From: Chloroflexota bacterium
GTDB lineage: Bacteria > Chloroflexota > Anaerolineae > B4-G1 > SLSP01
Direction of reading: 5' to 3'
Assembly: GCA_022707725.1 (NCBI GenBank)
Contig: JAKJAB010000002.1
Span: 1-38,675 of the forward strand
Length of the DNA stretch: 38,675 nt
Below the pieces are notes generated by a model. It saw only the letters and a program-made list of their open reading frames with translations, was not told where the DNA came from and made no database searches. Positions 26,087-34,369 of the stretch are shown here, piece by piece; the stretch's first letter is position 1, and each line of letters opens with the position of its first letter. Both the position numbers and the translations under genes were made by a program.

Positions 26087-26151
26087 GCCCAGAACATGTT
26101 ATGATTGCAGCAGATTTTGCAATCCACCTGTAACATGTTCTGGGCGTTTTT
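26087..26151 (+). terminator. long-loop hairpin plus T-tract at the CaCA-remnant / cpaF junction, overlapping promoter-like hexamers
   Basis: Perfect 15-bp inverted repeat GCCCAGAACATGTTA (26087-101) / TAACATGTTCTGGGC (26131-45) followed by GTTTTT. TTGACA (26078-83), 16-nt spacer, TATGAT (26100-05) overlaps the left arm. Confidence 0.5.
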
Positions 26152-26178
26152 CATCGACGGAAATATGGAGGGGGAACG

Positions 26179-27639
26179 ATGACGCTATTCAAACGCCGCG
26201 ATCACGCAGATTCCACTGCAATGCCGGTACCGGAGCCGAAGCCGGTCAAAGTCGAGAAAAAGGAAGAACCACCGGACCCGATGTTTCGATTACTGGAACC
26301 GGAACCAGCGGGAACGCCACCCCAACGGGGCACCATCAGCGACCGGCAGGCTGCGCTGCTGCGCATGCAGCTACAAATCGCCGATACGCTGCGTCAGAGA
26401 TTCCTTGCTCCCAATGTCTCTCTCGATTTGCCCTTGGAACGCACTCCAGAATACGAAAGAACTGCCCGCGAAAAGTTACAGCAATTGATCAGTAGCGGCA
26501 ACTGCAGATTGCCATCGAACACCAACCAGGAAGACTTCGTTAACGAGGTGTTGAACGAGGCATTTGGCTACGGCCCCATCCAGTCATTGACCGAACGAAC
26601 CGACATCACCGAGATCATGGTCAATGGCCCCTACATCATCTTCGTGGAAAAAGATGGACGCGTGCGCGAGACCGGCTACAAATTCCTGGATGACGATCAC
26701 GTCGAGCGCATCGTCAAACGTATCGTGCTGCCACTGGGTCGCACAGTAAGCATCGACAATCCTCTGATCGACGCGCGTCTGCCGGATGGCTCGCGCGTGA
26801 ACGCCGTCATCCGCCCGTGCGCTATCGACGGCCCCAACATCACCATCCGCAAGTTCTCGAAGGACAAACTGACCGTGCATGACTTGATGCGCTTCGGGTC
26901 GCTGACCGAGGATATGGCAAAACTGCTGGAAGCTGCCGTGGTCTCGCGGCGCAACATCATCGTCTCCGGCGGCACCGGCTCCGGCAAAACGACGCTGATC
27001 AACATCCTCTCCGGTTACATCCCCGAACACGAGCGCACCGTCACCATCGAGGATGCCGCCGAATTGCAACTGCGCCAGCGCAATGTTGTGCGCCTGGAAA
27101 CGAAGAAACCGAATCCCATCAGCCCTACCGAAGTGACCATCCGCCAGTGTGTGATCAACGCGCTACGGATGCGGCCCGAACGCATCGTGGTGGGCGAGTG
27201 TCGCGGCGGCGAGGCGCTGGATATGCTCCAGGCGATGAACACCGGCCACGATGGCAGTATGACGACTATCCACGCAAACACGCCCCGCGACTGCATCTCC
27301 CGTCTGGAGACGCTGGTGCTGATGGCCGGCGTAGACTTGCCGCTGATGACGGTTCGCAAACAGATCGCCTCGGCGATCCACATGATCGTGCAAGCCGGGC
27401 GTCTGCGCGATGGCAGCCGCAAAGTCACCAACATTACTGAGATTCTGGGGATGGAAGGGGAAACGGTTATTTTGCAAGACATCTACCAGTTCTACGATGA
27501 GGGCGACGGGCCGGACGGCAAGATTACTGGCTACCACGGGCCTACCGGCGTGCGCCCCGACAGCGACAGTATCTTCAAGCAGTACGGCTTCAATCTGCCG
27601 CCAACCATGTTTATGAAAAAGAAAGGATCGCTGAGTTAG
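26179..27639 (+). CDS. cpaF: CpaF/TadA-family secretion ATPase (Tad/Flp pilus assembly type)
   Basis: ITEIMVNGP, IIVSGGTGSGKTTLINIL (Walker A), TIEDAAEL, RMRPERIVVGECRGGEALDMLQAMNTGHDGSMTTIHAN (Walker B / His box). Confidence 0.9.
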   Translation: MTLFKRRDHADSTAMPVPEPKPVKVEKKEEPPDPMFRLLEPEPAGTPPQRGTISDRQAALLRMQLQIADTLRQRFLAPNVSLDLPLERTPEYERTAREKLQQLISSGNCRLPSNTNQEDFVNEVLNEAFGYGPIQSLTERTDITEIMVNGPYIIFVEKDGRVRETGYKFLDDDHVERIVKRIVLPLGRTVSIDNPLIDARLPDGSRVNAVIRPCAIDGPNITIRKFSKDKLTVHDLMRFGSLTEDMAKLLEAAVVSRRNIIVSGGTGSGKTTLINILSGYIPEHERTVTIEDAAELQLRQRNVVRLETKKPNPISPTEVTIRQCVINALRMRPERIVVGECRGGEALDMLQAMNTGHDGSMTTIHANTPRDCISRLETLVLMAGVDLPLMTVRKQIASAIHMIVQAGRLRDGSRKVTNITEILGMEGETVILQDIYQFYDEGDGPDGKITGYHGPTGVRPDSDSIFKQYGFNLPPTMFMKKKGSLS

Positions 27640-27653
27640 TCATCGGCAGAAAG

Positions 27654-27687
27654 AAATCCCCGACGCTTTCCAGCGTCGGGGATTTTT
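27654..27687. terminator. bidirectional intrinsic terminator between convergent cpaF and methyltransferase
   Basis: AAATCCCCGACGC (27654-66), loop TTTCCA, GCGTCGGGGATTT (27673-85), followed by TT. T-rich runs follow the stem on both strands. Confidence 0.8.
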
Positions 27688-27694
27688 CGTGGGA

Positions 27695-28324
27695 CTAAGC
27701 TCCTTTGTCCACTACCACCCAGAAATTCGGGCTGGACTCGTGCAGTGTGAGGAGGTACACACCAGGCACGGTGAAAAAGCGCATCAATGCCTGGGGCGGA
27801 TAGAAGTGACTGCGCATCAACGTCAGCGTTTCGCCGAGTGCCACGAGCTTGACGGAAAATCGCCGTATATCCGGCTCTTCGATCACCAACCGTCCGCCCG
27901 GCGCAAGGACACGCAGCAGTTCCCGCGCCGCGCGGTGATGGTCGCGGAAGTGGTGGAAGCTGTCGATGGCGATGATCCGCTCGAACGCGCCATCGCGGAA
28001 GGGCAAGCGCTCCGCCGCTCCCAAACTGGCGCAGAAGCCACCCTTCGCCAGCGCCTCGCACATCATCTTCACCGACAGGTCGAGAATGCACACATGCGCC
28101 ACATCCACGCGAAAGTGCTGCGACACGCGTCCCGTACCGCCACCCACATCCAACAGCCGGTCATGCGGCTCGAACGCGCACAACTCGCGCAACCAGCGCG
28201 CGTCCGGCGGGCGGATGAATCGCTCGTACAGCGGCGCAACCAGACTAAAATGATCGAATGGCGGGTCGGATTTGACGCTCACAGTGCTCCTTTCAAACCT
28301 TGGCACGGGTAGGGACAGCCTCAT
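27695..28324 (-). CDS. class I SAM-dependent methyltransferase (Methyltransf_11/UbiE-like)
   Basis: LLDVGGGTGRVS (motif I), ILDLSVKM, IIAIDSFHHF and LAPGGRLVIEE. Start placed at Met21 (28324), because the 28384 start would sit on the divergent promoter of the next gene. Confidence 0.8.
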   Translation of the reverse strand: MRLSLPVPRFERSTVSVKSDPPFDHFSLVAPLYERFIRPPDARWLRELCAFEPHDRLLDVGGGTGRVSQHFRVDVAHVCILDLSVKMMCEALAKGGFCASLGAAERLPFRDGAFERIIAIDSFHHFRDHHRAARELLRVLAPGGRLVIEEPDIRRFSVKLVALGETLTLMRSHFYPPQALMRFFTVPGVYLLTLHESSPNFWVVVDKGA

Positions 28325-28449
28325 TGTAACAAAAAACTGAAGCAGCGCAATGGTCACTGCCGTCAAGTCATTGGACAAAAACACGCGCCTGGGTATGATT
28401 GACCTTGTTTCTCGAACTAACGACTATCCGACTATTGCAGGAGATACAA

Positions 28450-30540
28450 ATGACGGATGAAGGACTCGACCGGTATTTTTTCAACCCGCAAGGGATCGCC
28501 GTCATCGGTGCGAGCGGCGATCCAACCAAACTGAGCTATGGTACGGTCCATAACCTCATCGCCCACGGCTATCGCGGGCCGATCTACCCCGTCAATCCCA
28601 AAGGTGGCGAAATTCAAGGACTGACGGCCTATCCGAGCATCCTGGACGTACCCGATCCCGTCGAACTGGCGGTGATCATGATTCGCGCCGAAGCCGCGCC
28701 TGAAGCGTTGAGCGCGTGCGGCGAGCGCGGCCTCAAAGCCGTGATCGTCGTCACTGGTGGATTCCGCGAGACGGGGCCGGAAGGCGCGGCGCTAGAAGCC
28801 TCGCTCAAGGACATCGCCGCGCGGTATAGAATGCGCCTGATCGGGCCGAACTGCGTCGGCGTGATGGATTCACATCTGCCGCTCGACACCACGTTCATCA
28901 CGATGATGCCCGAACCGGGCCACATCGCCTTCGTCTCGCACTCCGGCGCGATCTGCGGCGGCTCCATCGATTGGGCGCGCAGCGTCGGCGTGGGGTACAG
29001 CCGCATCGCCAGTCTGGGCAACCAGCTAGACGTAGACATCGCCGATGGCATCCAGATGATGAAGGACGATCCCAACACGCGCGTTATCAGCGTCTATGCC
29101 GAGGGCCTGCCCGATGGGCGGCGTTTCGTGGAGGCAGCGGCGAGCGTCTACCGCAGCAAGCCCGTGGTCATGCTCAAGGCCGGATTGACGACGGCCGGCG
29201 TACAGGCCGTGGCGTCGCACACCGGCGCGCTGGCGGGCAACAATGACGCCTACGTCGCCGCGTGTCACCGCGCGGGCGTGGTGATGGTACACTCGCTCCA
29301 GGAACAGAACGACGTGGCGATGGCCCTGGCGACGCAGCCCCTCCCACGCGGCAATCGTGTGGCTTTGCTCACCAACGCGGGCGGTCCGGCAGCGCTGGCT
29401 GCCGACGCGCTCGACCGGCAGGGCCTGGTGATGGCGCCCATCAGCGCCGCCACGCAGGAACGCCTCAAAGCCGTGACCCCACCCGGAACGCAGTTGGGCA
29501 ATCCCGTCGATATGCTCGGCGGGCCGCGCGCGGGAATGTTCAGCGCGGCGGGCAAAATCCTGCTGGAAGACCCCGACGTGGATATGCTGATGACGATGTT
29601 CGTCCCGCAGGCGATCACGCCGGTGAACGAAGTGGCCCAGGAGATGGTGAAAACCGGGCTTGGCGCGGAAAAGCCTGTCGTCGCCTGCCTTGTCGGCGGG
29701 GAGAGCCTCACCGAAACGATTTATACGCTCAACCGAGGCGGCGTCCCCTTCTACCGCGATCCCAACCGGGCCGGACGCGCGCTCGGCGGGCTGTGGGAAT
29801 ACCGCCAGCTCCGCGAGCGCCCCGACCTCACCCCCACCCCGGTCGCGGGCGTGGGCCGCGCGGCGGCGCAGGCGCTTCTGGATGCGGCGCGGGAGCAGCG
29901 CGGCGCGGGCTTCCTGGATGCGGAGACTTCCGCGCGCGTGGCCGAGGCTTACGGCATCGCCATCCCCTTCTCGGGCCTCGCCGGCAACGTCGAGGAAGCC
30001 GTCGCCCTGGCAGAACAGGCTGGGTATCCGGTCGCGCTCAAGCGCATCGCGGCGGACGTCGTCCACAAAGCGGACGTGGGGGGGCTGGCGGTGGGTTTGC
30101 GCGACGCGGACGCGGTGCGCGCCGCCTTCGAGCGCGTCACCGAGGGCGGGCGGGCGCGCGCGATGGTGCAGCGGATGATCCCCAAAGGCCAGGAGGTCAT
30201 TCTGGGCGCCCGGCGCGACGCGCAGTTTGGGCCGCAGTTGATGTTTGGGATGGGCGGCCTCTACGTCGAAATCTTGCGCGACGTGGCTTTCCGCCTCGCC
30301 CCCATCAGCGCCGAGGATGCGCGGGGGATGATCGCGGAGACCGCTGCCGGGCGCATTATGCGGGGCGTGCGCGGCGAGCCGCCGGGTGACATAGCCGCCG
30401 TCGTCGAGGCGCTACAGCGCGTCGGGCAGCTCGTGGTCGACTTCCCCAACATCGCCGAAATGGACATCAACCCGCTAATCGTCGGGCCAGCCGGCGCAGG
30501 CGTGTGGGCAGTGGATGTGCGGATACGAATCGAAGGGTGA
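28450..30540 (+). CDS. ADP-forming acetyl/acyl-CoA synthetase (fused alpha+beta; CoA-binding + ligase-CoA + ATP-grasp_5)
   Basis: From Met18 (AGGAG RBS): FFNPQGIAVIGAS...YPVNPKGGEI (CoA-binding), GPNCVGV, phosphohistidine segment VASHTGALAGN, and the C-terminal ATP-grasp half YPVALKRIAADVVHKADVGG... Confidence 0.9.
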   Translation: MTDEGLDRYFFNPQGIAVIGASGDPTKLSYGTVHNLIAHGYRGPIYPVNPKGGEIQGLTAYPSILDVPDPVELAVIMIRAEAAPEALSACGERGLKAVIVVTGGFRETGPEGAALEASLKDIAARYRMRLIGPNCVGVMDSHLPLDTTFITMMPEPGHIAFVSHSGAICGGSIDWARSVGVGYSRIASLGNQLDVDIADGIQMMKDDPNTRVISVYAEGLPDGRRFVEAAASVYRSKPVVMLKAGLTTAGVQAVASHTGALAGNNDAYVAACHRAGVVMVHSLQEQNDVAMALATQPLPRGNRVALLTNAGGPAALAADALDRQGLVMAPISAATQERLKAVTPPGTQLGNPVDMLGGPRAGMFSAAGKILLEDPDVDMLMTMFVPQAITPVNEVAQEMVKTGLGAEKPVVACLVGGESLTETIYTLNRGGVPFYRDPNRAGRALGGLWEYRQLRERPDLTPTPVAGVGRAAAQALLDAAREQRGAGFLDAETSARVAEAYGIAIPFSGLAGNVEEAVALAEQAGYPVALKRIAADVVHKADVGGLAVGLRDADAVRAAFERVTEGGRARAMVQRMIPKGQEVILGARRDAQFGPQLMFGMGGLYVEILRDVAFRLAPISAEDARGMIAETAAGRIMRGVRGEPPGDIAAVVEALQRVGQLVVDFPNIAEMDINPLIVGPAGAGVWAVDVRIRIEG

Positions 30541-30648
30541 GTGGCAACATGGAAGCGGGCTTGAACGCCGGTTCTACGTCGCCAGTTGCCGGTTGCTCTT
30601 ACAAGGAGTGTAACCGAACCTGTGGTACAGCCCCGATCATGAAAGCTG

Positions 30649-30697
30649 GCGCCGGATCATAATCCGGCGCTGCGGGGACGGCGGATTGTGATCCGCC
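30649..30697 (+). promoter_or_regulatory. two-hairpin leader motif, copy A (upstream of the SLC13 permease)
   Basis: GCGCCGGAT-CATA-ATCCGGCGC (30649-70) and GGCGGAT-TGTG-ATCCGCC (30680-97). Identical hairpins recur at 34510-34558. Confidence 0.6.
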
Positions 30698-30735
30698 TTA
30701 AGCGTTGAAGTAGAACTATTTCCCGAGGAGGCATA

Positions 30736-32511
30736 ATGACGGTAGAGATAGGCTTACTCCTGGCCATCGTGGCGGCAGCGGTGGTGCTGTTCTCGCTGGA
30801 GAACTTGCCGGTAGACGTCATCGCCCTGGGCATCACGATGACGCTCATCCTCACGGGACTGCTGCCTGCAGAGCAAGCCTTCGCCGGATTTGGCAGCAAC
30901 ACGGTGGTGATGATCTTCGGCTTGCTGGTGATCACCGCTGCGTTGATGAACACCGGCGTGACGGATATGGCCGGGCGCAAGCTGCTGCAAATGGCCGGCG
31001 ACAAACCCAAGCGTTTGCTCGCTATCGTGATGGGTATCCCGGCCATTTCGAGCGCCTTTATCAGCAACACGGCGGCGGCAGCGATGTTCACGCCGTTGAC
31101 GTTGGGGCTGGCGCGGCGGATGAGAATCAGTCCGGCCAAGCTGTTGATGCCGATGGCCTTTGCCACCATCCTCCCCAGTTCGGTCACGCTGATTGCCACG
31201 TCGACCAATATCGTCGTCAGCGACGTTATGACGCACTACGGCATGAAGCCGTTGGGGTTGTTCGAGTTGACCGTGGTGGGGCTGCCCATTGCGATTCTGG
31301 GCATCCTCTATATGCTCACCCTCGGCTACCGTCTGATCCCCGACCGCAGCACCGACGAGGAGCTTTCCACCCCGCTGGGGTTCCGTCCCTATCTGGCCGA
31401 AGTTTTGATTCTCCCCGGCTCGCCTCTGATCGGCAAAACGCTCTCTGAGAGCGGGTTGGGACGCGATATGGACCTGACTGTGCTGCGGGTCGTCCGCAAC
31501 AAAAACCACTATCTCGTCCCCCAGGCCAAGTTGCGCCTGCAAGAAGCCGACGAGCTGTTGGTGGAAGGCCAGCGCTCCCAAATCCTCAAGGTCAAGGACG
31601 CGGCGGGCATCGGCCTCAAGGCTGACATCACGCTGGCCGATCCCCGGTTGCAGGCCGGCGATACGGAACTGGTCGAAGTGATCCTGCTGCCGCAATCGCC
31701 GCTTACCGGGCGCACACTGAAGACGCTTGATTTCCGCGAGCGATATGGTTTGCAAGTACTCGGCATCAACCGTAAAGGACAAGCCATTTTTCGCAAGTTG
31801 AGCGAGACCCGGCTGCGCACCGGTGACCAACTGCTGATTCAAGGGCCGCGCACGAATATCACGGCGTTGGACGAGGACAACTTCCACATCATCGGCGCGG
31901 TGGAGCACCAGCGCCCCAACCGCAAGCGTGCGCCGATCGCCATCGGCATTTTCGTTGCCGTGCTGGCGCTGACGGCGTTCAATGCGCTATCGCTGCCAGT
32001 GTCCGTCATCCTGGGCGCGATTGGCGTCTTTGTCACGCGCTGCATCACGCCCGACGAGGCCTACCGGAACATCTCGTGGAAGGCCATCATCGTCATCGGT
32101 TGTATGCTGGCGATGGGCCGAGCCATGGAATACACCGGCGCGGCGACCTATCTCGCCGACCAGATCGTGTCGCTTACCCGTGGACTGACCAATCCGGTAT
32201 GGCTGTTCACTGCATTCTTCGTGCTGACGATGATTCTGACACAGCCGATGTCGAACCAGGCGGCGGCGGTGTTGGTGCTGCCGATTGCGATCCAGACGGC
32301 GCTGCAACTGGGGCTGAATCCACGCGCATTCGGGGTGATGATCGCCGTCGGCGCAAGCTGCTCTTTCATCACGCCGTTGGAACCGGCCTGCCTGATCGTC
32401 TACGGGCCGGGTGGCTACAAATTTACAGACTTCGTCAAAGTCGGATCGCTGCTCACAGTGCTGGTGTATCTGGTCGCCATCCTGCTGGTGCCGATATTCT
32501 GGCCACTTTGA
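30736..32511 (+). CDS. SLC13/DASS-superfamily anion permease with two central TrkA-C (RCK_C) domains
   Basis: 591 aa with hydrophobic N- and C-terminal halves. Two RCK_C-like inserts (AEVLILPGSPLIGKTL...LLVEGQ; VEVILLPQSPLTGRTL...LLIQGP). Confidence 0.9.
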   Translation: MTVEIGLLLAIVAAAVVLFSLENLPVDVIALGITMTLILTGLLPAEQAFAGFGSNTVVMIFGLLVITAALMNTGVTDMAGRKLLQMAGDKPKRLLAIVMGIPAISSAFISNTAAAAMFTPLTLGLARRMRISPAKLLMPMAFATILPSSVTLIATSTNIVVSDVMTHYGMKPLGLFELTVVGLPIAILGILYMLTLGYRLIPDRSTDEELSTPLGFRPYLAEVLILPGSPLIGKTLSESGLGRDMDLTVLRVVRNKNHYLVPQAKLRLQEADELLVEGQRSQILKVKDAAGIGLKADITLADPRLQAGDTELVEVILLPQSPLTGRTLKTLDFRERYGLQVLGINRKGQAIFRKLSETRLRTGDQLLIQGPRTNITALDEDNFHIIGAVEHQRPNRKRAPIAIGIFVAVLALTAFNALSLPVSVILGAIGVFVTRCITPDEAYRNISWKAIIVIGCMLAMGRAMEYTGAATYLADQIVSLTRGLTNPVWLFTAFFVLTMILTQPMSNQAAAVLVLPIAIQTALQLGLNPRAFGVMIAVGASCSFITPLEPACLIVYGPGGYKFTDFVKVGSLLTVLVYLVAILLVPIFWPL

Positions 32512-32640
32512 CCTTCACGGATTTTTGGTATTACCGCAATAGGAGAAAGAAAAGTAGGGAGGGTTGGGGGTATAGCCACCCCAACTCCAGATTCCCGAGC
32601 AAACTCGTGGTTATTTCCCAGCAGAGGGGGCACAGCATTA

Positions 32641-33966
32641 ATGTATCACTTTCTATCACGCTTGCGTGAGCGCGCGAGTATGCGGATCAAGGCCATGCGC
32701 ATCCGGCTGCGCGGCGCAAACCTGCAAGGCAAGATCGATCACAACATTTGGTATCTTTACGTAGAAGTCTTCTGGGCCGCGATGCTCAGTGCGGCGGCGT
32801 CTTTCAACGCCACGTATGCGGTGCGGCTGGGCGCGTCCAATACGATGATCGGTTGGCTGTCGTCAGTGCCGGCGTTGCTCGCGGTCTTTTTATTGGTGCC
32901 GTCGGCGCGTCTCCTGGAGCGAAAAACACAGCGCGCGCCGTGGATTTGGGGCAGCTTGTTCATCGCCCGGCTCGGCTATGGCCTGATTGCTGTGTTGCCC
33001 TGGCTCGTCGCCAACTATCGCGCTGAAGCCGTGGTCGGCCTGTTGATCGCCATCAGCATTCCAAGCACGTTTTTCGCAGCGGGCTTCAACCCACTGCTGG
33101 CCGATGTGGTACCCGAGCGCGACCGCGCGCGCGTCTTTGCCAACCGCAATATCATTGCCGGCCTCACCATTGCGGTCTTGACTTTTCTTGCCGGCAGATG
33201 GCTGGAGGCTGCTGCAAACATCCGCTGGGCCGCCTTTCCTGCGAATTACCAGGCAGTCTACGTCGTCGGGTTTCTGGGCGCGATGATCAGCCTCGTCTAC
33301 CTGCTCAAAATCAGGGTACCGGAGAGCAAAGTTGTCACGCAGACGTCGAAGCAAAGGGCGTCTTTGGCGCAGCTCAAGACGATGTTTGGGGAAAATCGCG
33401 CTTTCGCGCGGATCATCCTCAACACATTGCTTTTCGGGTTCGGCGAATGGCTGGTCTCGCCGCTGTACATCATTTTCTTCCTGCGTCATCTCCACGCCAC
33501 AGACGGTTGGGTGGGGCTGAACAGCACGTTAGCCAACCTCGGCGTCATCGTCGGCTACGCGCTCTGGCAGAGAATCATCTACCGGTTAGGCGACGCGCGC
33601 ACGCTGCTTATCACCATCCCGCTTTCTGCAAGCTATGCTTTTCTGGTGAGCCTGTTTCCCAACCTGACGGCGATCCTGGTGTGGGGCGTGCTGATCAACA
33701 TCATCAACCCCGGCGTGAACCTCAGCCACTTCAACATCCTGCTCAAGCTCTGTCCCAGCGAACGTCGCGCGAGCTACATCGCCTTCTATTCGACGATCAT
33801 CAATATGGGCGCGTTCATCGGCCCGTTGGTCGGCGTGGCGCTATCCAAGACACTCGACATCCGGCTGCTGCTCATCATCGGCGGCAGTATACGGTTGATC
33901 GGCGCGTTGATGTTCCACGTGTTTCCCATCAAAGTAGCCGACCCAACGAGAGCGGGGGCGGAGTAG
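32641..33966 (+). CDS. MFS transporter
   Basis: 441 aa with ~12 TM segments and an MFS-like loop motif after TM2 (PSARLLERK). The start is uncertain (ATG 32641, or Met14/Met19). Confidence 0.8.
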   Translation: MYHFLSRLRERASMRIKAMRIRLRGANLQGKIDHNIWYLYVEVFWAAMLSAAASFNATYAVRLGASNTMIGWLSSVPALLAVFLLVPSARLLERKTQRAPWIWGSLFIARLGYGLIAVLPWLVANYRAEAVVGLLIAISIPSTFFAAGFNPLLADVVPERDRARVFANRNIIAGLTIAVLTFLAGRWLEAAANIRWAAFPANYQAVYVVGFLGAMISLVYLLKIRVPESKVVTQTSKQRASLAQLKTMFGENRAFARIILNTLLFGFGEWLVSPLYIIFFLRHLHATDGWVGLNSTLANLGVIVGYALWQRIIYRLGDARTLLITIPLSASYAFLVSLFPNLTAILVWGVLINIINPGVNLSHFNILLKLCPSERRASYIAFYSTIINMGAFIGPLVGVALSKTLDIRLLLIIGGSIRLIGALMFHVFPIKVADPTRAGAE

Positions 33967-34006
33967 GGAGTAAGGAGTAAGGAGTAGGAAGTAAGGAGTA
34001 GGAAGA
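33960..34006 (+). repeat. tandem heptamer array GGAGTAR x6 (plus a partial unit) between the MFS stop and the ATL start
   Basis: GGAGTAG GGAGTAA GGAGTAA GGAGTAG GAAGTAA GGAGTAG GAAGA-ATG. The first unit contains the MFS stop codon (33964-66) and the last abuts ATG 34007. Confidence 0.9.
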
Positions 34007-34369
34007 ATGGCAAATTACGCAGCAGAGTTCCAAAATCAAGGATCAAAAACCGAGAATCAGTTCGAGCAAGTGTATGCGCTGGTGAAGGCGATTCCGCGGG
34101 GGAAGGTGGCCGCGTATGGGCAGATTGCGCGATGGCTCGGCTGGCCGCGCGGGGCGCGCACCGTCGGTTGGGCACTGCGCGCACTGCACACGGACGAGGT
34201 TCCCTGGTATCGCGTGGTCAACGCGCAAGGGCGCGTGAGCTTACGGGATGACGGTGGCTTGCAACGGGCGCTGCTGGAAGCGGAAGGCGTCGTCTTCGAT
34301 ACTGCCGGGCGGATCGATCTGAAGGTCTACGGCTGGACCGGGCCAGTTATTCCGTGGGGTGAGGAATAG
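34007..34369 (+). CDS. alkyltransferase-like protein (ATL; MGMT DNA-binding domain without the acceptor cysteine)
   Basis: VYALVKAIPRGKVAAYGQIA (HTH) followed by VPWYRVVNAQGRVS. The MGMT PCHRV active site has Trp in place of Cys, as in the ATL proteins (YbaZ/Atl1) as I recall them. Confidence 0.8.
   Translation: MANYAAEFQNQGSKTENQFEQVYALVKAIPRGKVAAYGQIARWLGWPRGARTVGWALRALHTDEVPWYRVVNAQGRVSLRDDGGLQRALLEAEGVVFDTAGRIDLKVYGWTGPVIPWGEE

Noticed and set aside
26087-26145. LexA (Cheo-box) operator in the AGAACATGTT / AACATGTTCT arms
   Set aside because: The Cheo box is GAAC-N4-GTTC. Here GAAC and GTT(A/C) are separated by only 2 nt within each arm, so the spacing does not fit and no SOS gene follows.
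29026-30389. 346-aa (-) and 375-aa (+) ORFs inside the acyl-CoA synthetase gene
   Set aside because: Low-complexity Arg/Gly/Ala/Pro products. The in-frame ACD reading has all domain motifs, so these are GC-driven open frames.
30754-31908. 384-aa minus-strand ORF antisense to the SLC13 permease
   Set aside because: The product is highly charged (R/Q/D/H-rich) and has no family resemblance. The sense frame encodes a coherent TM/RCK_C architecture.
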